The notes under the pieces: generated by a model | The model's database searches: none | Told to the model about the DNA's origin: nothing | The model's input: only the letters and a program-made list of their open reading frames with translations | In this document: positions 63,223 to 64,000 of the stretch, in pieces | Position numbering within the stretch: the stretch's first letter is position 1 | Layout of the letters: the number at the start of each line of letters is the position of its first letter | Position numbers and translations under genes: made by a program | DNA from: Polaromonas sp. | Lineage (GTDB): Bacteria > Pseudomonadota > Gammaproteobacteria > Burkholderiales > Burkholderiaceae_C | Reading direction: 5' to 3' | Length of the DNA stretch: 64,000 bases | Assembly (NCBI RefSeq): GCF_010365105.1 | Contig: NZ_JAAFGZ010000008.1 | Location: forward strand, 15,656 to 79,655

Positions 63223-64000
63223 ATGAAAACACTGGTAATTGCCGAAAAACCTTCGGTGGCGCAAGACATCGTTCGCGCCCTCACGCCCACGGCGGGCAAG
63301 TTCGACAAGCACGACGAGTACTTTGAAAGCGAAGACTGGGTCGTCACCTCGGCGGTCGGCCACCTGGTCGAAATCCAGGCGCCCGAAGAGTTCGACGTCA
63401 AGCGCGGCAAGTGGAGCTTTGCCAACCTGCCGGTGATCCCGCCTTACTTTGACCTGAAGCCCATGGACAAGACCAAGACGCGGCTCAACGCCATTGTCAA
63501 GCTGACCAAGCGAAAAGACGTGGGCGCGCTGGTCAATGCCTGCGACGCGGGCCGCGAGGGCGAGCTGATTTTCCGGCTGATCCAGCAGTACGCCAAAAGC
63601 AAACACCCGATCAAGCGGCTGTGGCTGCAGTCGATGACGCCCGCCGCCATCCGCGACGGTTTTGCCGCGCTGCGAAGCGATGCGCAGATGCTGCCGCTGG
63701 CCGACGCGGCGCGTTGCCGCTCCGAGGCCGACTGGCTGGTGGGCATCAACGGCACGCGCGCCATGACCGCCTTCAATTCACGCGACGGCGGCTTCTTTCT
63801 GACCACTGTCGGCCGGGTGCAGACGCCGACGCTGTCGGTGGTGGTCGAGCGCGAGGAAAAAATCCGCAAGTTCGTCAGCCGCGACTACTGGGAAATCCAT
63901 GCCGTTTTTGGCGCTGAAGCCGGCGAATACCCGGGCAAGTGGTTCGACCCGAAATGGAAGCGTGCCACCGCCAATGCCGCCAGCGGCGAAGGCGCAGAGC
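63223..64000 (+). CDS. topB: DNA topoisomerase III (5' partial, runs off the window)
   Basis: MKTLVIAEKPSVAQDI (TOPRIM), DAGREGELIF and LVGINGTRAMT. No stop codon before the window end. Confidence 0.9.
   Translation, partial: MKTLVIAEKPSVAQDIVRALTPTAGKFDKHDEYFESEDWVVTSAVGHLVEIQAPEEFDVKRGKWSFANLPVIPPYFDLKPMDKTKTRLNAIVKLTKRKDVGALVNACDAGREGELIFRLIQQYAKSKHPIKRLWLQSMTPAAIRDGFAALRSDAQMLPLADAARCRSEADWLVGINGTRAMTAFNSRDGGFFLTTVGRVQTPTLSVVVEREEKIRKFVSRDYWEIHAVFGAEAGEYPGKWFDPKWKRATANAASGEGAE

Overview
High-GC window (hand-counted 60-nt samples give about 60-65% G+C). It looks like a betaproteobacterial, Burkholderiales/Comamonadaceae-type chromosome; this is inferred from gene content and REP-like intergenic repeats only. 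I support about 55 protein genes. Housekeeping genes: aroE, panE, msrB-msrA, slyD, birA and a 5' partial topB. There is a complete N2O-reduction locus: apbE and a cytochrome c lie divergent from nosZ, nosR, nosDFY, nosL and a second nosL-like gene. Next to it is a DUF2249-nnrS pair preceded by an NsrR-like box. Sensory and signalling genes are numerous: a KAI2/RsbQ-like hydrolase-PAS-histidine kinase fusion, an LRR-Ser/Thr kinase, a CHASE2 protein, a hybrid kinase with a tandemly duplicated PAS domain, and an orphan receiver. Two genes carry frameshifts (an FGE/SUMF1-type gene and a Fic gene). The main candidate system is a tightly packed minus-strand cassette at 33.3-37.8 kb: NERD/PD-(D/E)xK + SF1 UvrD-like helicase, then a SAM-methyltransferase-fold protein, then a UG/Abi-like reverse transcriptase with an intact YVDD motif. 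The last two genes and about 0.45 kb of non-coding tail form a sharply AT-rich insert (32.86-35.99 kb). The cassette sits next to two Fic paralogues and a DUF1016 remnant, which looks like a defence or variable hotspot. No integrase, transposase, tRNA, rRNA or CRISPR array was found. Other structure: two ~0.75-kb long-palindrome (foldback) elements in mutually inverted orientation at 2.0-2.8 kb and 42.2-42.9 kb, and a dispersed ~50-bp two-hairpin intergenic repeat family with at least 10 copies. All family assignments come from motif recognition by eye; no database search was run.
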